Of a stretch of 45,591 nt of DNA, positions 8,587 through 16,843 are shown piece by piece; within the stretch, counting starts at the first letter, position 1, and each line of letters starts with the position of its first letter. Source of the DNA: an uncultured Oscillospiraceae bacterium (GTDB taxonomy: Bacteria > Bacillota > Clostridia > Oscillospirales > Ruminococcaceae); assembly GCA_964405305.1 (NCBI GenBank), contig CAYONL010000001.1, positions 6,167 through 51,757 on the forward strand. Reading direction: 5' to 3'. The notes under the pieces are model-generated. The model saw only the letters and a program-made list of their open reading frames with translations. It had not been told where the DNA came from and ran no database searches. A program made the position numbers and the translations under genes.

Positions 8587-10683
8587 TCACACATACTCTA
8601 TGCCCAGCTCTTTTAGATAGCTCAGGCTGTCCGGATATATCACTATGTCGCCGTTGTCGTTTTTCTTTGCGCCCGCGCCTATGTATTCCAGCGAAAGCTG
8701 CGACACGCTCCCGACGCAGTCCAGCATCTCCAGCGCGGAGAACAGCCGGCCATAATCCACTTTTTTTCCAAACTCGCCGGTGGAGACGGTATCTACCGCC
8801 CTTCTGATGACTTCCTCTATCTCCGCCCGGGCCACCTGCGTATTGTCGCGCAGACGTATGCGGCAGTAGACCCCTATGCCGTCATATTGCGCGGACACCA
8901 CCCGTATATCTGTGGAGATCAGGCGGTACCGCTCAAGGTTATCCTCAATTATGCGCTTATATGTGTCGCTGAGCACCGGGTACTTTTCCGATGAGCCGGG
9001 CTTCACCGCCACCACCACGGTGTTCGGCGCGAAAGGAACGTTGTAATAGTCGCAGTACTCCCGCATGGAGACGACCGCCACGCTGTCTATCATCAGCCCC
9101 GGCGTGCTCATCACGAGCTTTTTATAGTCCTCGGCGGTAACGGCCCTTGTCACCGCGGTGAGCTTGTTCTCCACCAGGCCCTCCAGCTCCGCCGCCGTCT
9201 TTCTGTGGCAGCCGCCAAAGGCCGGGGCCGGGTTGTACACCGCAAACGGGAACCCGCCGCCCACCATATCCGTCACCCTTTCGGCCATCACGTTCCCGCC
9301 GCCGTAGGCCGAGGTGCGCACCACGACGGCGCGCACGAAAAATCCCGGCTCCGGCTCCACCCCATGCAGGCCGCTTCCAAAGGTTATCTCCGATGTTCCG
9401 TCGTCAAAGCTGAACACCTTGTCGTCCGGGCCGGCGGTCTCCATATACTCCACCGAGCGCCAGATCTCCATCGTGCTCGCTCCGTCCTCCGTCCTGCAAA
9501 GCGCAAGGCTGATATCCGACACATGCTTCGCGTCCAGCTGCAGCTTCTGGTTGGCCGTACCGTCGGTCATGCCCACGTCCACGGCCTCCCGCACCGACTC
9601 ATCCAGTATGAGCGCCAGAAGCTCCGCGCCCTTTTCCGGCGTCCGGCCCTCGTCAAACCTTATCACACGCCGCCACGGCTCGCTTCCGGCCTCCACATGG
9701 CAGCCATCCTCTATCTGATCGTACTCGTCGTAGACCATTCTGTACACGTCGCCCTGTTTTTCCGCGACGGAGACGGAGACGCCCTCCCCCACCCAGCAGT
9801 CGACCGGCAGCACTTTCTCACCGTTCGCCGTAAGCTCCACCATATCAGCGTAGGTGTTGCGCTGGATGGCCATGGTGCAGTTGGGCAAAACGCGGCCTAT
9901 CCTCGGTCTGGCGTCGTACTGGTTCTCCACCAGGCGGCAGCGCAGGTAGTGCCCCGCCGCAAACCCCTCCAGGCGCAGCTCCCCCGTCTCTCCGCCCAGC
10001 TCCAGCTCTATAAACCCGCTGCGCAGGAAACCGCAGGTGCCGTCGCTGACCGTTTCCGCCGCCCGCCAGTCGCTTCCGTCCCAAAAATCCCACTCCACCT
10101 TGGAAAGTGAAAAGCTCTGGTCAAAAGCGTTGCGGGCGCTGGGCGCAGTCTCCACATACATCCTCGCCGAACCGTAAAACGGGCCGGCGAACCCAAAATA
10201 CACCGCCGACTCCTGCGCCGGGTCCAGCGTAAAGATCTGCGCAAAGCTGCCGTCCCTTCCGGCCAGCACGGTGAGATCTATTTTTCTTCCGCCCGCCTCG
10301 CCATACACCGCGGTCAGCTCGTTCGCCTCCGCCACATATGTTTCCGGCGTCTCAAACACCAGATCCCCGGCCTTTATCTTCGCGCCCCGCGGCAGCTCCA
10401 GCGCGGTCCCCGCCCCCGCCGCCAGCGAAAGGTAGCACCGCGCCGGGCTTTGCTCTGGAGTTATGCCCAGCAGCTTGAGATATTTGAGCTTGTGCACCTC
10501 TCCCGTGGCTCCCAGATAGTAATTCATGGTATCGTAAAGCCAGGCGAAGGTCTGCAGCGTCGTTATTCCGGGGTCGTGGTCGTTAAAATCCGTCCACTCG
10601 CTCGTCATGGTCGGTATCATGCCGCGGGCGCGCTCGAACAGCTTCTGATAATTCAGGTCGTCCAGCTTTGGAACTTGCAGCAC
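8587..10683 (-). CDS. CIS baseplate protein (putative baseplate assembly protein, gp6/J-like, Afp11/12 class)
   Basis: 698 aa. GTG start after GAAAGGCGGTG. The N-terminus PKLDDLNYQKLFERARGMIPTMTSEWTDFNDHDPGITTLQTFAWLYD is typical of baseplate assembly proteins. The C-terminal segment TRAVTAEDYKKLVMSTPG is Baseplate_J-like. Confidence 0.75.
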   Translation of the reverse strand: MLQVPKLDDLNYQKLFERARGMIPTMTSEWTDFNDHDPGITTLQTFAWLYDTMNYYLGATGEVHKLKYLKLLGITPEQSPARCYLSLAAGAGTALELPRGAKIKAGDLVFETPETYVAEANELTAVYGEAGGRKIDLTVLAGRDGSFAQIFTLDPAQESAVYFGFAGPFYGSARMYVETAPSARNAFDQSFSLSKVEWDFWDGSDWRAAETVSDGTCGFLRSGFIELELGGETGELRLEGFAAGHYLRCRLVENQYDARPRIGRVLPNCTMAIQRNTYADMVELTANGEKVLPVDCWVGEGVSVSVAEKQGDVYRMVYDEYDQIEDGCHVEAGSEPWRRVIRFDEGRTPEKGAELLALILDESVREAVDVGMTDGTANQKLQLDAKHVSDISLALCRTEDGASTMEIWRSVEYMETAGPDDKVFSFDDGTSEITFGSGLHGVEPEPGFFVRAVVVRTSAYGGGNVMAERVTDMVGGGFPFAVYNPAPAFGGCHRKTAAELEGLVENKLTAVTRAVTAEDYKKLVMSTPGLMIDSVAVVSMREYCDYYNVPFAPNTVVVAVKPGSSEKYPVLSDTYKRIIEDNLERYRLISTDIRVVSAQYDGIGVYCRIRLRDNTQVARAEIEEVIRRAVDTVSTGEFGKKVDYGRLFSALEMLDCVGSVSQLSLEYIGAGAKKNDNGDIVIYPDSLSYLKELGIEYV

Positions 10684-10728
10684 AGCTTTGCACCGCCTTT
10701 CAGGTTAGGATTAGGTCTTGCCGAACCG

Positions 10729-13623
10729 TCACTCCGTCGTGACATATATGGTGTGCTCTCCGTTCACCGCCATGGCAAACGGGCTTTTTATACGGGAGTA
10801 AATGTCGTCGTCCACCGCGAACTCCGACGCGCCCACTCTGGCGGCCATGGCTATGTGATCTATCACAATGCCGGGGCGCTGCATCTTGAGGTAGGCCAAA
10901 AGCTGGCGCGGGGTGGGCATTACGCCTATGGTCCAGCCCTTGCCGTCAAAACCGCCGGACAACGGGTCGATAAACTTTCTTATGTCCTCGTTCGTCTGAC
11001 TTTGCAGCTCGTAAACGTTCTCCATATCCGAGCAGCGCAGCCATATCCTGACCGAGCACTTGATGAAATGCGGCTGGGACAGCACCAGCGTCTTGCCCAG
11101 AGGGATGATGCTGCTTGTGGCCATCAGCTTCTCCCTTATGGCGTCCTTGACCGAGGAGAAAATGTGGCTTCCCTTTTCATACTCGTCTATCAGCAGGGCC
11201 ACGGTTATCACGTCGTCGGCAGGCTCGCCGAACCGGTCCACCCCCGACACGCACTTTATCTGGCAGACGCCGCCGGAGACCTGCTTTATAATATCGAAGT
11301 AGTCCCGGTTAGAAACGGCCCTTCCGCGGGTGCGCAACAGGTTTGAGATAAACGACGAGGCCGTGCCCTCGTTGTAGCCGTCGTACCCGCCGTAAGCCGC
11401 GATGGGGTTCGATACCTCCGAAATATACGCCAGCGACTCCGCTGAGGTGTTTATTGCGCCGGGGCCGACGTTGGCCTTGGCGCCCTGATAGGCCTGATAC
11501 TCCACTCTGACGGCGGCGTTGCCCTCCATCAGCGGGTAGCTGGAAAACACGTTGCGCGGGAAGGTGACGGCGCCGTCCGCCAGGTCCATATCGCAGACCC
11601 GGCCGCGCTCGTCCGCATGGGTGCGCTTTGTCCACTCCACCCAGTTTTCAGAAACGCCCTCGCCCTCCGCGGCCTCGTTCACAAACACCCTCATGGAGAG
11701 CAGGTTCTTTTCGCCCAGTTGCAGCGCTATCACGCCCTCCGGGTTGTCGACGTAAAACACCTGCGTCAATTTGCGCACGTTCTCCACCTTTGCCATGTTC
11801 GTGATCACTCCGTGGACGCCCGGCAAACTGACCAGCTCCTCCGGCCTGTTGCGGCAGGCGAAACGCAGCCACCAGCCGTCGTAGCCGAACAGCTTCTTCC
11901 TCCCGGCGTCCGACGGAACAAGCGCCAGCACCGCGCCGGAATAGAGCATACCGCTGGTGCCGTCGGAGGTCTGTACCGGCGAAAAACCGTTTTGGCCCAG
12001 ATACTCCACCGCGTAGTCCAAAGGCGAATCCTGATCGTTCTCAACCTCAAAATAAAGCGAAAGCGGGCTGCCCTTCGGGTTCGCGCTGAAGCCGAAATAC
12101 ATGGCCCTCTCCGCAAGCTCGCTGTTGTAGAACAGGCGCGAGGTCACGCGGCGGCGCAGCTTGTCGGTTATATCCTCAAACTCAAAGTTGTTTTCGGTGC
12201 AGGCCCTGTCCGGCGGCAGCGGGTTTTCCATATACGAATAGGAAAAACTCAGGTCGGATATTACCGGAACATGCTGATCCGACGGCATGGCGAAAAGGTT
12301 GTCGGCCCGCATCAGCCTGATGCGCAGGCGACACGCGCCCTCCACCCAGTCGGCCATGTCCTCGGGACAGATGAACTCTATGCTCATGTCGCCGCGCTCC
12401 GACCCGTTGAACAAAAGGGCCGTGTGCTCATCCTTGAGCAGGCGTTTCCAGGCGTTCTGATCGCTCAGGTACTCTATGAGCACGTAGTCGGGCTTTATAT
12501 CAGGAACGGCGGTCTTGGGCGTGGGCCGCTCCTTAGTCATGACTATTTTATAGTTTGTCTCCTCCGCCACCTCGGGCAGACGCTGCTCCAGCGTCTCAAA
12601 GTCGAGGTTGAAGCTCATCCGCACCAGCGAGCCCTTTCTGGACAGGGCGCCGGCGCACTCCAGCTCGCAGGAGGAGTAAAGCTCCAGCGGGCTTCCGAAG
12701 GGCTTGAAGCTGGCCACGCCCTGGGCTATGCCGCCGCAAAGCACGTCGTCCACCGCAAGCGCGTCGTCGGAGTACACCAGCTCCGCGCCGTTTATCTCCG
12801 CCTCGGCCAGCCTTTGGGCCCGCACTGTGATAACGTATTGCTCCCGGCCCAGCGCGTCCGTCCTTTCGGGCTGATATTCCTTCATCCCGAGCCAGATCAC
12901 GCCATCCCGCGCCTCGACCGAGTCAAACAGCCGCGGCACTATCTCCCCGGAGTTATCTTTATCCTTCGACCTTTCAAGTATGCTGTATTTTACGCTCTCC
13001 TTCGTCATTATCCCGATCAGCTTGCCCATGTCCTGCTGCTCCGCAACGGAAAAACGGAGGCCGACCTCAAAATCCTCCATCATGTCGAAGGCGTGGTCGA
13101 ACGCCAGCAGCAGCACGTGCTCCGAGCAGTTGTCGCCCGAAATGTCAAACGCTGAAAACGCCCTGTTTTCCGGCGCGCCGTCGGTTTCCGCGTCGAACAG
13201 CTTCACTATCCTGTCCTCGGCCCGGCCCGCGGAATATATGCGCTCCAGCGCCGCGGAGGTCGTGGTGATGCCGTGGGTCGTCTCAAACGCCATCTCCTGG
13301 CCGGACTCCGGGTCGGACGCCAAAAGCCTTGTTCCACGGGCTATGTACACCGGCTCCTCCATCCCGGCCACCGGCGTGAACCGCACATAGCTTTTGGCGG
13401 ACTCCACCGGCTCCTCCTTCAGCTTGTCGAACAGGTTCAGATACTGTATCTTATGCTTGTGCAGGACCTCTCCGTACCTCTCCCTGCTCTCCTCAAGCAT
13501 ATCATCCACAAGCATGGCGAGCACAGAACCGGGCTCCGGCTCCCTCTCGGTAAAATGCCACTCAGGAAGATATGAACCGGCAAGCTCAGCCAGTTTTTCA
13601 TGCTTTTTTTCTTCTGTGCGCAT
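10729..13623 (-). CDS. CIS baseplate J-like protein (large paralog, Afp11/12 class)
   Basis: 964 aa. ATG with AAAGGAG 8 nt upstream. N-terminal YLPEWHFTEREPEPGSVLAMLVDDM and C-terminal RGRAVSNRDYFDIIKQVSGG (Baseplate_J signature RAV..DY). Directly follows the gp25 gene. Confidence 0.75.
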   Translation of the reverse strand: MRTEEKKHEKLAELAGSYLPEWHFTEREPEPGSVLAMLVDDMLEESRERYGEVLHKHKIQYLNLFDKLKEEPVESAKSYVRFTPVAGMEEPVYIARGTRLLASDPESGQEMAFETTHGITTTSAALERIYSAGRAEDRIVKLFDAETDGAPENRAFSAFDISGDNCSEHVLLLAFDHAFDMMEDFEVGLRFSVAEQQDMGKLIGIMTKESVKYSILERSKDKDNSGEIVPRLFDSVEARDGVIWLGMKEYQPERTDALGREQYVITVRAQRLAEAEINGAELVYSDDALAVDDVLCGGIAQGVASFKPFGSPLELYSSCELECAGALSRKGSLVRMSFNLDFETLEQRLPEVAEETNYKIVMTKERPTPKTAVPDIKPDYVLIEYLSDQNAWKRLLKDEHTALLFNGSERGDMSIEFICPEDMADWVEGACRLRIRLMRADNLFAMPSDQHVPVISDLSFSYSYMENPLPPDRACTENNFEFEDITDKLRRRVTSRLFYNSELAERAMYFGFSANPKGSPLSLYFEVENDQDSPLDYAVEYLGQNGFSPVQTSDGTSGMLYSGAVLALVPSDAGRKKLFGYDGWWLRFACRNRPEELVSLPGVHGVITNMAKVENVRKLTQVFYVDNPEGVIALQLGEKNLLSMRVFVNEAAEGEGVSENWVEWTKRTHADERGRVCDMDLADGAVTFPRNVFSSYPLMEGNAAVRVEYQAYQGAKANVGPGAINTSAESLAYISEVSNPIAAYGGYDGYNEGTASSFISNLLRTRGRAVSNRDYFDIIKQVSGGVCQIKCVSGVDRFGEPADDVITVALLIDEYEKGSHIFSSVKDAIREKLMATSSIIPLGKTLVLSQPHFIKCSVRIWLRCSDMENVYELQSQTNEDIRKFIDPLSGGFDGKGWTIGVMPTPRQLLAYLKMQRPGIVIDHIAMAARVGASEFAVDDDIYSRIKSPFAMAVNGEHTIYVTTE

Positions 13624-13642
13624 TATCCGTGCTCCTTTTCAA

Positions 13643-14056
13643 TTATTCTGCGCCTACGCCCTCGTAGATGTAATACGGGAACACAAGGTTGTTCGGGTTG
13701 TTGGTGTCCCTCACCGTATATGTGATATTGAAATAGACCTTGCCCTCCGATATGTCGCTGAGGTCCGCGTTGACTATCGTATCTATTATCCTCGGCTCCC
13801 ATCTGGTCAGCGCGTCCACTATCTCGTTCTTTACAAGATGGAGGAAAGCGTCGTCCGGCAGCTCGAAGATGAACCGGCTCACATCGCTTCCGAAATCCGG
13901 GTTCATGGCGCGCTCGCCCAGCCGGGTCATTATGATGATATATATGGACTGGCGGATGTCCTCCTCCTCGCTGCACATAACGAAGCGGCCCGTCGCCTTA
14001 TCGACCCTGGGTGGGAACGCAAAGCCGCACCCCAGAAAATCCCTTGTGTCTGCCAT
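13643..14056 (-). CDS. GPW/gp25-family baseplate wedge protein (Afp9 class)
   Basis: 137 aa. FLGCGFAFPPRVDKATGRFVMCSEEEDIRQSIYIIIMTRLGERAMNPDFGSDVSRFIFE is the classic gp25/GPW lysozyme-like fold signature. Confidence 0.88.
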   Translation of the reverse strand: MADTRDFLGCGFAFPPRVDKATGRFVMCSEEEDIRQSIYIIIMTRLGERAMNPDFGSDVSRFIFELPDDAFLHLVKNEIVDALTRWEPRIIDTIVNADLSDISEGKVYFNITYTVRDTNNPNNLVFPYYIYEGVGAE

Positions 14057-14084
14057 ATCTGCACCCGCTTTCCGCTTTTTGCTG

Positions 14085-14867
14085 TCAGCCTATGCTTATC
14101 ATGCCGCCCTTTAGCTCGGCCGTGGTACCGCCCTTGAAGGAGGCCATCTGTTTTCCCTGCGCCGTCAGCATGCCGCCGGTAAGATCCAGCTTCTGCCCGC
14201 CGTCGAAAGCGCCGGACTGCGTACCCTTTATCTCCACCTTGTCGCCGGAAACGGAGACCGAGCCGCCCGTTCCATTCATGGCCACAGAGCACTTTCCGGC
14301 CTTTAAATTTATCTTTTTCTCCGCCGTTATACTGATCTCGCCGTTCTTGCTGTCTATCTTCAAAAGGTTTTTGCCTGCCTTATCGGTGACGGTTATTACC
14401 TCCGCCTCGTCCTCAAGCTTGATGGTCAAACCCTTTGGGGTCACGGCCGTCACGCTGGCCTTGTCCTTCTCCTCGCTTATGGTCACATCCACCCCGCCTT
14501 TAAATTTCAGGCGGCGCTTTGTGTTTTTATCCACCCAGTTTTCCGCGACAAAGGTGTTGTCCGCCGGAAACAGCGAACCCACGATAAATGGCCGGCGCAT
14601 ATCCTGCCCCATAAACGAGACTATCACTATGTCGTCTATCTCCGGCATGACGTAAAGGCCGTATCCTTTGCCCGCGTATGGGCGCATCACCGGTATCCAC
14701 TCCACCACGTTCTTTTTCGCGGCCCACTCGGTATACTCCACCTTTACAAGCCCCTTATTTTTGGAGTCGGCGATATCCAGCACCTTGCCCTGAACAAAGG
14801 GCGGCGGCGCGATGAATTTCTGGTTGTCTCCATATTGTCCGTGGAGCAGATCAGTTATGTCGCTCAT
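14085..14867 (-). CDS. Spike protein, gpV/gp5-like OB-fold plus beta-helix (C-terminal half of a split VgrG/Afp8)
   Basis: 260 aa. GKVLDIADSKNKGLVKVEYTEW...WIPVMRPYAGKGYGLYVMPEIDDIVIVSFMGQDMRRPFIVGSLF is gpV/gp5-like. The C-terminus is a repetitive beta-helix-like stretch (VTISEEKD..ITVTDKAG..ISITAEKK..VSVSGDKVEIKG). The start overlaps the upstream stop (ATGA). Confidence 0.8.
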   Translation of the reverse strand: MSDITDLLHGQYGDNQKFIAPPPFVQGKVLDIADSKNKGLVKVEYTEWAAKKNVVEWIPVMRPYAGKGYGLYVMPEIDDIVIVSFMGQDMRRPFIVGSLFPADNTFVAENWVDKNTKRRLKFKGGVDVTISEEKDKASVTAVTPKGLTIKLEDEAEVITVTDKAGKNLLKIDSKNGEISITAEKKINLKAGKCSVAMNGTGGSVSVSGDKVEIKGTQSGAFDGGQKLDLTGGMLTAQGKQMASFKGGTTAELKGGMISIG

Positions 14868-15982
14868 AGCGTGTCTATCCTCGCTTCCGTAGTGGTCACA
14901 TAGCCGTCCGGCCCAACGCTGTGGTGTACCGCCGTGATGTAAAAGGTCTGTTCCGCATCCGGCATAAGCCCGCTCACCTTGACGTCGCGCCCAGGCACCA
15001 GCTCCGGTATGCCCACCGTCTCTATCTCAATGGAGCCGAATTTTTCCCTTAGGCCGCCCATTATGATCTTTGCTCTGTCCGCCGCCTCCTTTGCCGATAT
15101 GGACAGCGGATCTATATATGTTCTTTCCGAGGAGCCCATCATCTTTTTCGGGCCGCTGCCTTTGCCGAACTTTCCGCTTATTGTGGCGGAGCCGGAAACC
15201 AGCTTGTCGGTGGCGGGGTCTATGGTGACGACGCTCACTTTATTCACCAGCGACTCGCCCCTGAGCGACATCTGCGCTCTGCGTATGCCCGCCCTGGGCG
15301 ACAGAGTCATGACCGCGCTGGCGCTGGCCGGTTTCTCTCTGAAATACGCCTTACCGCAGATGATGAAAAACTCGCAGCCCATATATTGCGCCAGCTCGAC
15401 TATGTAGTCGTAGTCGCTTTTCATGTCCATCTGCAGGCGCAGCTGCTTCTGGCTCTGGGTAAATTTTATCTCTTTTCCGTCAAGGTAGCTGCCCACCGGG
15501 CTTTCGCCCAACAGCGCCGTCACCAGCTTTGAAACGTCCTTCTCCGCCCGGACCTCCACCCGCTGAAACTTCATCAGCAGGCACTTGACGTCCACGCACT
15601 CCACGTGTATATACGGCTTGTCGTCCTCGTCCCCAAACACGTACTCTACGGTGGAGATATAGCCCGAGAACACCTTTTCCGTCTTTACGTGCCCCAGCTT
15701 TATTTCCACCTTGGCGCCCAATTGCACCTTGCTGTAGCAGCCCTTTGCGTCAAACTTTGTCTGGTTCTGTACGTACTGGTTCTTTATGTTGAAGCTGGCG
15801 CCCGACGCCTCATATCCGCAAGTCAGATCCACCGAAACGTCGTCCACGGTGCAGGAAAGCTGCTTTACCAGCTGCGTCCCGTCCACCAGCACCTCTACGG
15901 AGGGCGCGCGGAAACCATAATATTTTTTAGCAAGCTGCGCGTACGTAGTGCTGCCCTTCATCAGATCCATCTGCGGCCCCAC
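14864..15982 (-). CDS. Phage late control gene D-like hub protein (gp27/VgrG N-terminal class)
   Basis: About 368-372 aa. Position and length fit gpD/gp27. Motifs DYDYIVELAQYMGCEFFI and the C-terminal VGIPELVPGRDVKVSGL...FYITAVHHSV are gpD-like. The GTG at 15982 abuts the SD, so the ATG at 15970 (MDLMKGSTTY) is the more likely start. Confidence 0.75.
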   Translation of the reverse strand: MGPQMDLMKGSTTYAQLAKKYYGFRAPSVEVLVDGTQLVKQLSCTVDDVSVDLTCGYEASGASFNIKNQYVQNQTKFDAKGCYSKVQLGAKVEIKLGHVKTEKVFSGYISTVEYVFGDEDDKPYIHVECVDVKCLLMKFQRVEVRAEKDVSKLVTALLGESPVGSYLDGKEIKFTQSQKQLRLQMDMKSDYDYIVELAQYMGCEFFIICGKAYFREKPASASAVMTLSPRAGIRRAQMSLRGESLVNKVSVVTIDPATDKLVSGSATISGKFGKGSGPKKMMGSSERTYIDPLSISAKEAADRAKIIMGGLREKFGSIEIETVGIPELVPGRDVKVSGLMPDAEQTFYITAVHHSVGPDGYVTTTEARIDTL

Positions 15983-16000
15983 CGCCTTTCAAATAAAATG

Positions 16001-16840
16001 CTACTGTATGGAGGGAACCTTCAGGCTCACCGTCTTATCTATGGCCCGGGGGTTCGTTATGCCGTTCGCCTCCGCTATGGTGCGCCACATGGCCGGGTCG
16101 TTGTACTCGCCGTCCGCTATCATCCAAAGCTGGTCGCCCACGAGCATGGTGCGCTCCTTCGTGCGGTCCGGCGACTGGGGCGGAAACTGCATCATCTGCT
16201 TGGCAAGGCCCGTCTCCTCGCCTATTACGGAGAGGTCCACCTTCATGCGCACCGGCGTGCCCTTGGGCGAAAACATTGTGTAGTGCGCCGTGCAGGAGGC
16301 CACCTTGCCCGTAAAATCCAGGCTGCCCCACACCAGCTCCACCGTGGCGGGCTGATGCGACTTCGGCTCAAATTTGAGCAGGGACATCAACATGTCCGCC
16401 ACAAGCTGCGGGTCCTTATGGGAGTTTGGAAAAAGATGCAGGCCCAGCAGGTTCTTCATCTTGTTCTTTGTTCCGCCGGGCACGTCGCCCCTGAAAACGT
16501 TTAGCAGGTCGGTCAGCCCCACGCTTCCGAAATCCGACCACGTGTCGAAATAAAGCGAAATGCTCAGCGTCGCCGGCTCGCCGTGTATGACCTTTTTCTC
16601 CTGCCCGCTGCTGTCCTGCGAGGCGCCCGGCTTTCCGGCCATCTTGACCCCCCGCGATATCGTGTACTCCGACGGGTTGAACTGCACATATATCGGATTG
16701 GACTTGGTGAGCTTGGGCAGACCGGTGGAATCCGTCTTTTCCTCGTCGTAGACGAATATTTTGAGCTTCTCGAATTTTTCGTCTTTTTTGCCCAGCAGAC
16801 GCTCATTTTTAGCCTTGGCGAAAACCTCTTTTACGCCCAT
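16001..16840 (-). CDS. CIS tube-initiator protein with C-terminal LysM domain (Afp7 / P2 gpX class)
   Basis: 279 aa. The N-terminal tube-like region reads IYVQFNPSEYTISRGVK...PATLSISLYFDTW. The C-terminal LysM is GDQLWMIADGEYNDPAMWRTIAEANGITNPRAIDKTVSLKVPS. The start lies 3 nt after the tape-measure stop. Confidence 0.82.
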   Translation of the reverse strand: MGVKEVFAKAKNERLLGKKDEKFEKLKIFVYDEEKTDSTGLPKLTKSNPIYVQFNPSEYTISRGVKMAGKPGASQDSSGQEKKVIHGEPATLSISLYFDTWSDFGSVGLTDLLNVFRGDVPGGTKNKMKNLLGLHLFPNSHKDPQLVADMLMSLLKFEPKSHQPATVELVWGSLDFTGKVASCTAHYTMFSPKGTPVRMKVDLSVIGEETGLAKQMMQFPPQSPDRTKERTMLVGDQLWMIADGEYNDPAMWRTIAEANGITNPRAIDKTVSLKVPSIQ

Positions 16841-16843
16841 CTT

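Noticed and set aside
11617-13155. Long plus-strand ORFs: 512 aa here, plus 31642..33291 (549 aa), 40689..42086 (465 aa), 17385..18866 (493 aa), 9205..10110, 10450..11346, 15605..16504, 28751..29788 and 43636..44559.
   Set aside because: Each is fully nested antisense to a minus-strand gene with clear family motifs. Their translations are Arg/His/Leu/Gly/Pro-rich with no motifs and no SD. These are typical antisense shadow ORFs of high-GC coding DNA.
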